64,000 bases of DNA from Eledone cirrhosa (GCA_964016885.1 OZ024741.1:19964001-20028000), one strand, 5' to 3'; shown: positions 1 to 11,884, counted from the first letter of the stretch. Numbers and translations are program-made. Notes: a model not told the origin generated them from the letters alone.

Positions 1-103
<103 letters not shown>

Positions 104-502
104 CACAATAGACCTGACCTGGTGGTTGTGGACAAAGAAAAAAGATCGTGCCTGATTGTGGATGTGGCCTGCCCGTTCGACACGAGAGTGCAAGAGAAGG
201 AGAGGGAGAAAATTAACCGATACCAGGACCTAAAGTGGGAGGTGAAAAGGATTTGGAACTGCCATGAAGTCAAAGTGATCCCGATTGTCATAGGCGCACT
301 GGGGACTATCTCCAAAAGTTTCCAGGGATGGTTAAAGAAAATCGGCCCCTTCACGCTTTTTGGAACGCTTCAAAAGGCATGCTTGCTTGGAACAGCAAGA
401 ACCCTCCGATACGTCCTGAATATCTGAGGCTGCAGGTAGTGGCTTGATATTCAATCCAACGGACTTTCCAGTTAACCAACATCAATGACTGAGATTCAAG
501 GA
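104..502 (+). mobile_element. 5'-truncated R4/Dong-type non-LTR retrotransposon: restriction-like endonuclease C-terminus plus short 3' UTR
   Basis: The frame from 104 reads HNRPDLVVVDKEKRSCLIVDVACPFD...EKEREKINRYQDL...VIPIVIGALG...LQKACLLGTARTLR. This is the PD-(D/E) restriction-like endonuclease signature of R2/R4/NeSL-group elements. Stop at 425-427; (TAA)n on both sides. Confidence 0.88.
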
Positions 503-513
503 ATAACAACAAC

Positions 514-549
<36 letters not shown>
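503..549. repeat. (AAC/AAT)n tract shared by two tail-to-tail retroelements
   Basis: ataacaacaacaataataat... lies between the Dong-like 3' UTR and the 3' end of the minus-strand LINE. Confidence 0.9.
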
Positions 550-551
<2 letters not shown>

Positions 552-3500
552 TGATTTCTTTATTGGCCACAAGGGCTGACATCAAGAAAAACATTACAGA
601 CGGCACAGGACGGTACGATGTGGGTTTTGTGCGTGTAAATATTTTTATTATTTATATAAGAAAAGAAAAAAAAGGACATAGAAACATATATATATATAAA
701 CAATAAAAATGAAAATTGAAACAATGAAAAATTCCCCAATAGGGAGAAAACCTCCGAGGGTTACTAGTGGCGAAAACCACACAAAAGACCACGGGCCACC
801 CTGACCACCAGAGCAAGCGCCCTCTCTCAATTTTTTCCATTTCTCAAACTACAGACGTATATTCAGTGTTCACTCGGACCATTCTCGCTACATTCACCCA
901 CCTTTCAACAAACTTGCTAGAAGGCAGCACTTCCCTTTCCACCCTGATTTTCCTCTTAAAGTGAAACTAGAAAAAGTTAATTAGGGATTCGCCGAAGAGG
1001 AAAGTTCTGTTTTTAACCCTTTTAACCTTGTCCACCACACAATCTCTTTCGCCATGGCCACCAGGCAGATAAAAACCGCCTGCCCTTCCTCCTCGAAGGA
1101 AGACGGCGAGACCATCTGCACAATGGACCCAGTCGATAACCGGATCAGTCCTACAGGCAACAGCAACTGTTCGACATAGCTCCACAAGTCAGCAATGCTC
1201 GGGCACTGAACGAGTGCGTGCACGACGGTTTCGTCGCTCTGCGCGCATCTCGGACAGGCTCGGCTGACGGCACTTCCGCGCCTGTAGAGCTTATCTCGAA
1301 CCGGCAGCGCTCCCCGGTAGCACTGCCAGGCCAAGGATTTTGGAAGTTATCCATAGGCCCCGGGCCGAAAGTTCTCCGGAAGAGTACAAACAGCCGATCT
1401 TCTTCGACGACCAGGATCTCTCCGAGAATGTCGTCGCTCTTCCCCTCTACTAGTCTTCTATAGAACGCCGAGGTGGATGTTCCACCGATACTGGTGGCCA
1501 GCTGGCAGAGGGCAGTGAGCGCCTGGAGACATTCCAGTTTCCAAGCGCTATCCTTCGGTCTTTTTCTGACCCAGGACTGCAGCTCCGTCAAGGAGACAAT
1601 CTGTGGGAAAACGTGCCTGGCGAACGGCGACCACACCTGTTCACCGTCAAGGAAGCACCAGAGATGTCGCAGCCTCAGCGCATGTTTGCGCATCATCAGC
1701 CATGGCATGCCCAGTCCTCTACGCAACGGGTGTAGACAGCAGATGGATTGTCTGATCATGGAAGCGCGTCCCTCCCACAAAAAGCGGAAGAGGAGGCGCT
1801 CCATTTTGGTGAGAATTGGGCTGGAGCAAGGGACGACGATGAGGCGGTAGCAGATGACGGATGCGATGTACGCATTCGCCACCTCCGCCCGGCCTTTCAG
1901 GGACAGCTTCCTCTCGGCCCATTTCTGGGTGAGGGAGGCCACCCTGCTCGTCACCTCGTTCCAGTTTTTCTCCATCTGGAGGTCCGGTCCGAACCAGACT
2001 CCGAGCAATTTAACCGATCCGTCCGTCCAATGCCCCACGACGCTGTCGGAGCGCATGAACTTGCTTCTCCAGGTGCCGAGCTGCAAGCCCACCGACTTTT
2101 CCTGGTTTATCTTTGCTCCTGTCACCGCTTCGTATTCCTTGAGAGCGGTGCCGAGCATCTGGACGTGTCTGGTGCTCGACACCACCACGGTGACGTCGTC
2201 GGCGTAAGCCGACTCGGATTTCCCGCAACCTAGTTCACGTGGGACGCCCCTCATCACCCCCAGTTTGTGCAGTAACGGCTCGAGAGCCAATACATACAAG
2301 AGGGACGAGAGGGGACAACCCTGGCGGACTGAGCGCATGATGCTGAACGGCTGCGACAGGTGACCGTTCACCCTCACAACTGAGCAGATGTCGCTGTACA
2401 TCGCTGCGATCCAACCCCTGAAAACGGGCCCGAAACCGGCTGCCTCGAGGACCGCCGCCAGGTACCGATGATCGACCCTATCGAATGCTTTGGTTTGATC
2501 CAAGTTGAGCAAGGCTCCACCCGTTCCAGGTTCCTTAACCACCCTCTCGTTGATGTATCGCATGAGGTGGAGGTTGTCGTGTATGGATCTGTCCGGAATG
2601 GCGCATGTCTGCGCCTCTCCCGCCAGACCCTTGACGACAAGCGCCAATATCGTTCCTAACACCTTGGCCAAAATCTTGAACTCTGCGTTTAGCAGGGTTA
2701 TGGGCCTGAAATTATCGATAACATCCCCCTTGTTCGGGTCTTTTCTCAGCAGCGCCACTGCTCCCCGGCTCACAAAACTGGGAATGTTCCCGTTCTGCTG
2801 CCAGTTGCAGTAGACGTCTGCCAAGAGGTCACCGAACAAGTCTGACATAAATGCATAAACCTCGTAGGGCAGACCATCGAAACCGGGCGATTTACCCCTT
2901 GTGCAGTTAGCCATCGCTTCCTGTATTTCACCGGCTGTTATTGGCTTTTCGCAACACTGTGCTGCGGTCGTCGAGAACCGAGGCAGTCCGTCGAGGCATG
3001 CACTGAAGTCCATGCCCCGATCCGGGCCGCCGCTGCTTCCGAACAGTTCAGCAAAGTGCTGCTGAAAAGCTTCACACATCCGCTCGGGTTCGAGCATCAC
3101 GCACCAGTTTTGGTCAGACAAAGACAGAATTATGGTTTTGTTGCCACGTCGCGCCTTTGCCACCCGGCAGAGCACCCGGCAGAGCACGCGCTCTGGCTCT
3201 GACAACGCAGCCTTCGTGTTTTGCGTTGAAGAATTGGTCGAGTGCCAATCTCGCCGCAAGCACGTCGGTTGCGATGCCTGTCCTAAACGCCTCTTCTAGC
3301 TTTCTGACTAGCTTTCCCTCTACTCTATTTTCCTCTATCACTACTCCTTTGCTAAACCTAATCGACTCTACTTTAATTGCCCTTTTCAGGGCAACCACCA
3401 CCTATTGTTGACGACCGCTCCCGTCAACGCCCGCTTAACTAATACGCTAATCCGGTCTCTGTATGCTTTGCGCGCCGGGAAAGACGCGTTCAGCTTCCAG

Positions 3501-4700
3501 TAACCAGGCCCTTGTCTATGAAGTCTGTCTATGTCGATCTCACAGATCACAAATTTGTGGTCTGTGTAGTCGACTATTTTAAATTGTGGACAACTTATAC
3601 TAGCCTTATCTAGTTCTCTGCAGAATACCCTATCGAGATACGATCTGGATGACCCGACGCGGTTTGTCCATGTCCACATTGGCACATTCGGATGATCCAG
3701 TCGATACCTATCAGACAGTTCAAAACGTTTGAGCAGGTTGGTGAGGCTCTTGCACCCTCCTCCCCTATCCACTAGCTCCACACAATTCCAGCGTGCATCC
3801 AAGATATCGTTCCAGTCGCCCACTAACAAGAAAGGTCTCTAGACGTCTGAAGAAATCTGGTCGCCCTGCCCCTGTTGGGGCGTAGACGGCTACTAGCCTG
3901 AAGGCATTGCCATCGCTGCCGGTCACGTCCAGCACCACCGACTTACCTTATGGGTCTAGGAAGATGACCCGTATGGCGAGATCCAAGCATCTCCGAAAAA
4001 GGACGGCAACCCCTCCCCCCGATCCTGGACGGCTGGGAGATGCGTATACATCGTAGCCGCCGAAGATCGGTGTGAAGACTTGTCCTTCGGAGATTCTGGT
4101 CTCACTGATGGCCACCACATCTATGTTTAGTGACCTGAGGCCGTTGAGCAGGTGACCCTGCTTCCAAGATGACCCCAGGCCACGTGCATTTATACTGCCT
4201 ATTCTGAGTACGGCCATGTTGGATGAGAAACGGGGCAAGTGAGAAAAGGTCACTTACCTTGATCGTGTGGTGAAGGGACAGTAGAACCGTCCCTTTCGCT
4301 GGTCATGGGTGTTTCCAAGAGGATGTCAATGAATATCCTCTTGGTAACCGACCCTCTGAAGTCTCCAACTGCGTTGGGGAATTTTTGTTTTAAAGGTTTG
4401 TAATGTTCTATTGAGATTTCAATGATGCTTATGTTTGTCGGGAGAGTTCTTGGTGTTGGTGGGGTGTAGTAGTTTTTTTCTGTGATGTCTGTGTGCTGCT
4501 TTATATATTGTATGAGTTCTTTTTTTGCCATGTTTATGGTTGTGTACTTTTTTTTTGGGGGGGGGGGTGATTTTGTTGCTGTTTTCTTCTTATTGCTGTT
4601 TGGTGTGTGTGTCTTGTTTTGTTTGCGTTGTTGGTGTTTTTGGTGATGCTGGTGGTGGTGTGGTTGTTGTTGTCAGTGGTGCTTGTGGTGGTGATGGTGA
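550..4700 (-). mobile_element. L1/Tx1-clade LINE, 5'-truncated within ORF1, with frameshifted ORF2
   Basis: On the minus strand: ORF1 3' remnant (about 4250-4700, Thr/Pro-rich), ORF2 with APE endonuclease, RT and Cys/His domains, a 3' UTR and AATAAA at 564-559 just before the (ATT)n tail. Confidence 0.92.
845..4217 (-). pseudogene. LINE ORF2 (APE endonuclease, reverse transcriptase, zf-RVT-like C-terminus), broken by several frameshifts and stops
   Basis: Endonuclease: MAVLRIGSINARGL..DVVAISETR, GDWN, SYLDRVF, TDHK. Then GPGYWKLN; RT: KSPGFDGLP, NFRPITLLN, LDQTKAFDRVDH, RQGCPLS, YADD, KLLGVWF. C-terminus: CPRC...ETVVHALVQC. Spread over ORFs 3948-4253, 3386-3829, 3114-3401, 1151-3259 and 981-1334. 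Confidence 0.93.
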
Positions 4701-4877
4701 TAATAATAATAATATTGTTGCTACTACAACACGTGACACGCTCTCAAGTCAATGTTGAATATTTCCATTGTCTATAGTTACATATATTATCTGGTTTGTT
4801 TTAAATTAAACCTTATCACCATCTACAATCTTTACTGTCAAATAATTTACTATTGTGTTCAAATGAAAATATATTAT

Positions 4878-4885
4878 CACACACA

Positions 4886-4934
<49 letters not shown>

Positions 4935-4935
4935 G

Positions 4936-5022
<87 letters not shown>
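4878..5022. repeat. (CA)n(TA)n compound microsatellite
   Basis: Directly visible. Confidence 0.97.
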
Positions 5023-5027
<5 letters not shown>

Positions 5028-5280
5028 GGTTATATTTAATTTGTTGGGATTCAACAACATTTAAAATGTTTATAACTGATATAAAGCACTCAACTAGTTG
5101 TCTATCCAGGAAGCTCCAACCGTTAAGGTTGTCTTTTTTCCGGGTATGTCAATATTTATTTATAAAACAAATCTGTATTTTATCTGATGAAAGCGCACCA
5201 TAATTTGCCTTGGTTGCCCTTGAAATATATATAATAAAATAAATATGGTTTTATAAATATAGTTTACCTTTATTAATATA

Positions 5281-5283
<3 letters not shown>
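5023..5283 (+). mobile_element. Penelope-type pLTR fragment (copy A) with an inverted 3' tail at its 5' end
   Basis: 5101-5283 is a diverged direct copy of 6718-6903. 5023-5098 is the reverse complement of 6918-6994. It contains a hammerhead motif and has (TA)n on both sides. Confidence 0.7.
5176..5241 (+). ncRNA. Minimal type I hammerhead ribozyme
   Basis: Stem I TATTTTAT/ATAAAATA; CTGATGA at 5184-5190; stem II AAGCGCACCA..TGGTTGCCCTT; GAAA at 5222-5225; palindromic T-ATAT-A stem III; AUA cleavage triplet ending at 5233. Confidence 0.8.
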
Positions 5284-5316
<33 letters not shown>

Positions 5317-5318
<2 letters not shown>

Positions 5319-6608
5319 AAGGCGGGTAAAATTCCCGAGATCCATGGACGAGTTCTCTCCAGCGGTCTCTGTCCCTCGTTATCGCTGCCATGTCCTGCAT
5401 CTCCAACAGACCAGTGTCTGTCCTTAGGGCATCAACATACGTCAACCTTGGTCTTCCCCTTCTAGTGTGTCCATGTAGGGGCTCCCAAAGGAGTACTGAG
5501 TGCAATGTCAACTCTGGATGTCGGTGAGCATGTCCAGCTAACCTCAGTCTCCTCTGTGTCACTTTTGAGCTGACTTTTGGGATGCTCCCATACAGCTCTG
5601 AGTCTTTCATCCTCAGTGTATACTGATTAATGTTCAGAGCCATCCTCAGCATTCTCGTGTAGCACCCATCCACCATCTGAGTGAGTTTCTTGGTCAGTGT
5701 CCAAGTCTCAGACCCATACAGCAGCACAGACTCCACTACAGCAATGAAGAGGCAGATTTTCAGGTCTCTACGAATGTCCGACTTCCACACCGATCTCAAG
5801 CTGTGGCACGCCGCCCAGGCCTTGCTCTTCCTCTCAACCACATCATCCTCCGTATTCCCAATCTTTGCTCCCAAATACAGGAAGTCCTCAACCAATTCCA
5901 GCGGCTTCCCGCCTACATTAGTGATCCCTCTGGCTTCTCAACATTCTCTACCAGATATTTTATTTTAGTCTCATTCATTCTCAGCCTCACACTCATCGAC
6001 ACAGTCTCAACCTCCCGCATCAAATCCTCTGCCTCCTTCACTGTATTTGTCACCAAAACTATGTCGTCGGCAAATTCAGCATCCGATACCTTTTTCGCCC
6101 TAACTCTCCTGCTCTGAGCCGGTGCTACAGTAAAGCCAGAGTCCTGGTATTTCTCCAGTGCAAGGCGCATACAATAGTCCACTACGATGACAAAAAGGTA
6201 GGGAGCCAATGTATCTCCCTGGAGCACTCCAGCCAGTATCTAAAAGAACTCTGTCATCCCATCAGGTGTAATGACTTGGGCCTTGGTGTTGGTGTAGAGC
6301 AGTGATATCAGGTCCACTATCTTCTTGGGGATTCCATAAGCCTGTAAGATCTTCATCAGGCAGTAACGGTCCACAGAATCAAAGGCCTTCCTAAAGTCAA
6401 TGAAAACCATGACCGCAGGAAGGCACTTTGCTCTAGCTCCCTCTAATATCTTCCTCAGCATCAGGATGTGACTGGTGGTTGATCTACCCTCTCTGAAGCC
6501 GTTCTGGTTGTCCCTGAGCTTCTTCTCCATCTCAGGCTGGATCCTGTTAAGAATCATCCTGTTGAGGGTCTTTGCCACAAGTGACGTCAGTGAGATCCCC
6601 CGGTAGTT
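5317..6608 (-). mobile_element. 5'-truncated RTE-type LINE (RT and C-terminal domain), one stop and one frameshift
   Basis: NYRGISLTS, QNGFREGRST, FIDFRKAFDSV, GVLQGDTLAPYLF, EFADD, FLYLG, LLYGSETWTLT, RLAGH, RGRPRLTY. The stop codon at 5317 abuts (TA)n. Confidence 0.9.
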
Positions 6609-6666
6609 GTTTAAAAACAGTATATTTAAATTAAGCCGGCTTAATTTAAATATACTGTTTTTAAAC
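6609..6666. repeat. Perfect 58-bp loopless palindrome at the RTE 5' junction
   Basis: gtttaaaaacagtatatttaaattaagcc|ggcttaatttaaatatactgtttttaaac. Confidence 0.95.
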
Positions 6667-7129
<463 letters not shown>

Positions 7130-7268
7130 TCTGCGGGGCTGAGATTAGGAAGACCACAAATCATAGGAGTACTCTATGCATAGGAAGAAGAAGAGTGGGT
7201 CTAGTGGAAGGTAAAAACCCGACTACGACACCAAGCGGTTTCGGCTGGTATTCAGCAACCCTTTCAAC
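7130..7268 (-). mobile_element. Decayed pLTR fragment with degenerate hammerhead (7218-7268), related to 12367-12497
   Basis: Minus strand reads TTGAAAG-GGTTG(ctgaatac)CAGCC-GAAAC..GTC-GGGTTT. The downstream blocks gtcggg..ttac, acccactct and gagtact are shared with 12397-12450. Confidence 0.5.
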
Positions 7269-7281
7269 TATATATATACAT

Positions 7282-7443
7282 ACGAATAAACGTTAACACT
7301 AGCTTGTGTAACTTGATGATTATCATATTATGCGCATTTCTGTTACACCAGAGTGTTGCATGAATACAACACTTTGGTGTAACAGAAATACGCAAAATAT
7401 GATAATTATGTAATTATATAAACCAGTCTTAACGTTTATTCGT
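7282..7443. repeat. Imperfect palindrome of about 160 bp
   Basis: acgaataaacgtt...tttctgttacaccagagtgttg / caacactttggtgtaacagaaa...aacgtttattcgt; centre at about 7362. Confidence 0.92.
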
Positions 7444-7564
7444 TTAACGATATCTGCCGTGTCAGATACGATCCCATATCAATGGTGGATACATGCTACC
7501 GGCGTGGAGTGCTCCAACCTGCTTACAGGACAATTTGTAATTGTGATGCGGTACAACGATAACT

Positions 7565-7601
<37 letters not shown>

Positions 7602-7884
7602 AAAGAATAGAGGTGTAACACACAAGTTATTATATATTGGTAAACGGAATAGAAAATGCTGACAAATTGTTCACAGTTGAAAAATGGTTTAATTAGGAAT
7701 AAAAGAGTATTAGTGATTGTATGGGTTAGTATTCAGTTGTGGTTTTAAGTTTTTAAGTTTTTACCGGTTGCGCATTTCTAAATGCTTTTCAAAAATAATT
7801 TTGAGATAGAGTGTCCGTGCTGTTTGCTCTGATCTGATTAGTTTTGGGAATTCTACCTGTTTTTATGTTAAAAAAATGGCTCCA

Positions 7885-8220
7885 GATGGACAACGTTTTA
7901 TAGTAAAACACAATTTCACATGTGCATCGGAAAATTTAATATATGTATTAACTTGTTCAGGTTGTCGAGAATAATACATAGGCCAGACCAAAAACAGCCT
8001 CCGCCAACGCATGACTGTCCATAGATCCCAAATTAAAATACGGGAATACAGGAAAATACCACTTAGTGAACACATTGATACCTGTGCTGCCCAAAATCAT
8101 CCCAACTTCAGAATCTTTCCCCTCTACAAATTTAAAGATAATGCCATCCACACCCAGCGCATCAGCAAGGAATCTTACTTCATTAACAAATACGGACCCC
8201 GTCTAAACACTTCTCCCTAA
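7885..8220 (+). pseudogene. Penelope-type GIY-YIG endonuclease C-terminus with one in-frame stop
   Basis: ..HNFTCASENLIYVLTCSGCRE*YIGQTKNSLRQRMTVHRSQI..PLSEH..RISKESYFINKYGPRLN: IY-x-C-xx-C-YIG, R..H, E and LN motifs. Confidence 0.88.
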
Positions 8221-8554
8221 GACGAACCCACAACATACACACGTCAACATACATACCTACATCAGCACACATCTCTACCCACATATAAACACAATGACAC
8301 ACGTAAACACACATGCTCTATGGTGCAATACAAAAAAATATATGTGCATATATATGTATGTATATATGTATATATATATATATATGTAGTGAAAATATAT
8401 ATGTGTGTGTGTGTGTGTATATATATATAGTGAATATCATTTCACACCTTTTATTGTTAAGATTGTTGATGTTCTATTAAGAGAACCGATTTTACTGAAA
8501 AAATCGAATAATGTACACCATTTTACCAGGGGGAAAAAAATACTGGTCCACCCA

Positions 8555-8596
<42 letters not shown>

Positions 8597-8723
8597 CACA
8601 AACACATACACACGCGTACATCAACATACAAAGAGACTTATACACACACACACACACTTCTCCGTATAAGACAAAAGCTGAAAAATATCTTTTGACCTTC
8701 GAATGACTCTGCTGTGTGTATGT

Positions 8724-8757
<34 letters not shown>

Positions 8758-8829
8758 ATCTTAATAGCCATTTGACACACATCGCTGCTGGCTATTGTCG
8801 CAGCATCGAACACCTTACTACTACTACTA

Positions 8830-8883
<54 letters not shown>

Positions 8884-8907
8884 TTGTTGTGAAAGAGTCA
8901 TTTCTCA

Positions 8908-9143
8908 ATCTTGGCGCAAAACCAATTTTTTATCCACATGACCTCTACCGACCAATCAAAATTGTTTTGACCAATAATTTTTGCTGGAGCCACTTTTCTA
9001 ACATTTTAACATAAAAACAGTCTTGGCGCAAAATCAACTTTTTACATTCACATGACCTCTATCGACCAATCAAAATTGTTTTGACCACAAGCATTTTTGC
9101 AACACAAAAATAACGCTGGAGCCATTTTTTTAACATAAAAACA
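8908..9143 (+). repeat. Two diverged tandem copies of a 110-125 bp unit inside the Penelope 3' region
   Basis: tcttggcgcaaaa..acatgacctcta..cgaccaatcaaaattgttttgacca..gctggagcca..taacataaaaacag occurs twice. Confidence 0.85.
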
Positions 9144-9363
9144 GGTAGAATTCCCAAAACTAATCAGATCAGAGCAAACAGCACGGACACTCTATCTCAA
9201 AATTATTTTTGAAAAGCATTTAGAAATGCGCAACCGGTAAAAACTTAAAAACTTAAAACCACAACTGAATACTAACCCATACAATCACTAATACTCTTTT
9301 ATTCCTAATTAAACCATTTTTCAACTGTGAACAATTTGTCAGCATTTTCTATTCCGTTTACCA

Positions 9364-9457
<94 letters not shown>

Positions 9458-9566
9458 CTATATATATATTTTATATATTTTTTTGGTATACCATTATTGT
9501 TATTTATATTTTTAATTATTGTCTGTGTACATACACACACGCACACGCAAACACACACAGACACCC

Positions 9567-10295
9567 CTGAAAGTATATACTTTCTTTATGCATATTAACG
9601 GCTGAGCAGCCTAATTTGCATATCAAGTGAGTTAATCGGCCGGGTGCGCCGAAAACGATAAACGGAAAAAATGAAACGAAATTTCATTTCTCACTCTTAG
9701 TACGGCTGTTACTTAAATATAAGTATGTATACGTACATACATATATGTATACTGACGTACAGTAGTATATATATATATATACATGCACATATATATATAT
9801 ATATATATATGTACGTATGGATTCACCGAACATTTATTATAATACTCGGTGTGTTTGTAAACAAACATCCCGAATTAAGCCGTACAGTGTTTAGCAGCCA
9901 TCGTTGCTCATTTTTTCAACACTACTTTCCTTATGCATATTAACGGCCGATTAACTCACTCGATATGCAAATTAGGCTGCTCAGCCGTTAATATGCATAA
10001 GGAAAGTATATACTTTCAGACGTTCAATCATCTGGCAGGAAGGTATACGTTTCTGACGATAGCTAATAAGCTTGAAACTAGTACAGCGTTCCTTTGTCAG
10101 TGTTGAACAAATGAGCAACGATGGTTGCTAAACACTGTACGGCTTAATTCGGGATGTTTATTTACAAACACACTGAGCATTATAATAAATGTTCGGTGAA
10201 TCCATACGTACATATATATATGTGTGCATGTATGTATATATATATACATACTACTGTACATCTGTATACATATATGTATGTACGTGTACATACTT

Positions 10296-10298
<3 letters not shown>
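9567..10298 (+). mobile_element. Rearranged pLTR-only element with nested inverted repeats and a hammerhead
   Basis: Inverted repeats 9567-9642/9944-10019 and about 9718-9923/10098-10298. HHR at 10047-10089. Same family as 16795-17310. Confidence 0.72.
10047..10089 (+). ncRNA. Minimal type I hammerhead ribozyme
   Basis: ACGTTT-CTGACGA-T-AGCT(aata)AGCT-T-GAAA-CTAG-TA-CAGCGT. ACTAGT palindromic stem III; the first stem I pair is mismatched in this copy. Confidence 0.68.
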
Positions 10299-10326
<28 letters not shown>

Positions 10327-10327
10327 C

Positions 10328-10361
<34 letters not shown>

Positions 10362-10464
10362 ATATATATATATATTTACATATACATATAAACATACATA
10401 TATATACATATATACATACGCACACACATATATATATTTATATATATACGTGTGTGTGTGTATG

Positions 10465-10500
<36 letters not shown>
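10298..10500. repeat. TA/CA-rich microsatellite
   Basis: Directly visible. Confidence 0.9.
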
Positions 10501-10503
<3 letters not shown>

Positions 10504-10974
10504 TAGAATTTTTTTTTTCGTAATATATTATTAAAGCTAGTTTATAATTGGATGTAAAGCCCGTGGCATTCTGTTTGATGAGTTTTCTATTCAATAGTTT
10601 TATACACAAAATATATATGGTTCAAGAATTATTATCTATGTTATATATTGCTTGTTTTTACACTATGTTGTGCTCTGCTGTTATATCTACTACTATAGTG
10701 AATATCTTTCTCTATTGTTCTGTATTTTAGTCAACTAAATTATTTGTATATCAGTTATTCAATGGTCTTTTATCTTCTTTGGTTATTTGCTTGTTTTACT
10801 TTTATTTATCTATTAATTCCTTTATATAGTGCTTTTTTTGTTTTTGATTTATTTTGGGGGTTTGTTTGCATGTGGACACAAGATGGCCGAATAGTTAAGA
10901 GATTTGTCTCACAGTCATGAGATTTTGTGTTTGATCCTACTGTGTGTCATACTTGCTCTCAGTGTCATAATGAG

Positions 10975-11161
10975 GAATAATTGTTTCTACTATTGGCACA
11001 AGACCAGCAATTATCCCAGTATATTACTGGTACTTTATTTTATCGACCCCGTATTGATGAACGGTAAAGTTAACCTCGGCGGGATTTGAACTCAGACCAT
11101 AAAGGGACGTAACTCTTTTGCTGCAAAGCATGGCGTCCGACCCCCTACCGAGACTGCCAAT
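10975..11161 (-). mobile_element. tRNA-derived SINE, full-length
   Basis: Minus-strand TGGCAG..CGG head, B-box GAGTTCAAATCCC, body ..cggggtcgataaaataaagtaccagt.., tail gtagaaacaattatt. Repeated many times in the window. Confidence 0.88.
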
Positions 11162-11391
11162 CCACCGTCATAATGTGTGATAATGTGTGAAATAACTATT
11201 ATATTGTATAAACACATTGAACTGATTCTGAATAAAATTGACAGGTCTACACTGTCAACTATGTTGTACATTAACATGAATACAAGTGTAAGCTTATGTG
11301 TGCTGTTATATAGCTAAATAATACCTTATATGGGTGTGCATATATGGATGATAGTATTTTTGTGTGGGTGTACACCTGTCGCTTTTTATAC

Positions 11392-11690
11392 ATTTGTATG
11401 TCTACACACATCAAAATACACACCACTAGAGATAGGCCCATTTAGACACTACACGATGTTTATTGTGATGTTACCCGTATTAGGGCTAATTATGAGAATA
11501 TAAGTTCCTAGAAAAATGTGCCTCTTCCCTGATGCATATATAATACGCATCTGGGAAGAGGCACAATTCTTTGGGAACTTATATTCCTACAATTGGTCCT
11601 AATACGGTTAACATCACAGTAAACATCGTGTAACATCTACATGGGTCTACCTCTAGTGGTAACTGTTTTTGACGTATGCAAACATACAAG
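11392..11690. mobile_element. Imperfect palindrome of about 300 bp (MITE- or fold-back-like)
   Basis: Arms accactaga..acacgatgttta.tgtgatgtta.ccgtattagg..gtgcctcttcc..gatgc / gcatc..ggaagaggcac..cctaatacgg.taacatcaca.taaacatcgtgt..tctagtggt; centre at about 11540. Confidence 0.8.
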
Positions 11691-11819
11691 TCTAGATGAA
11701 TGAATCTAGAGGGACATTGATGAATATATACATGAAGGTTTATATATGTGTCTAGCTATGGGGGCATGTATGTATATATGTGGGTGGGTATAAATCAAGG
11801 TGTACATCCTTATGCGGAC

Positions 11820-11836
11820 ATATATACATACATATA

Positions 11837-11884
<48 letters not shown>

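Larger units (their letters stand above)
7598..9369 (+). mobile_element. 5'-truncated Penelope-like element with an inverted pLTR copy at the 5' end
   Basis: GIY-YIG coding remnant at 7885-8220. 7631-7884 is an essentially exact reverse complement of 9116-9369. (TA)n at both ends. Confidence 0.85.

Noticed and set aside
1218-3411. Plus-strand ORFs overlapping the LINE
   Set aside because: Antisense shadows of the GC-rich ORF2 with no recognisable motifs.
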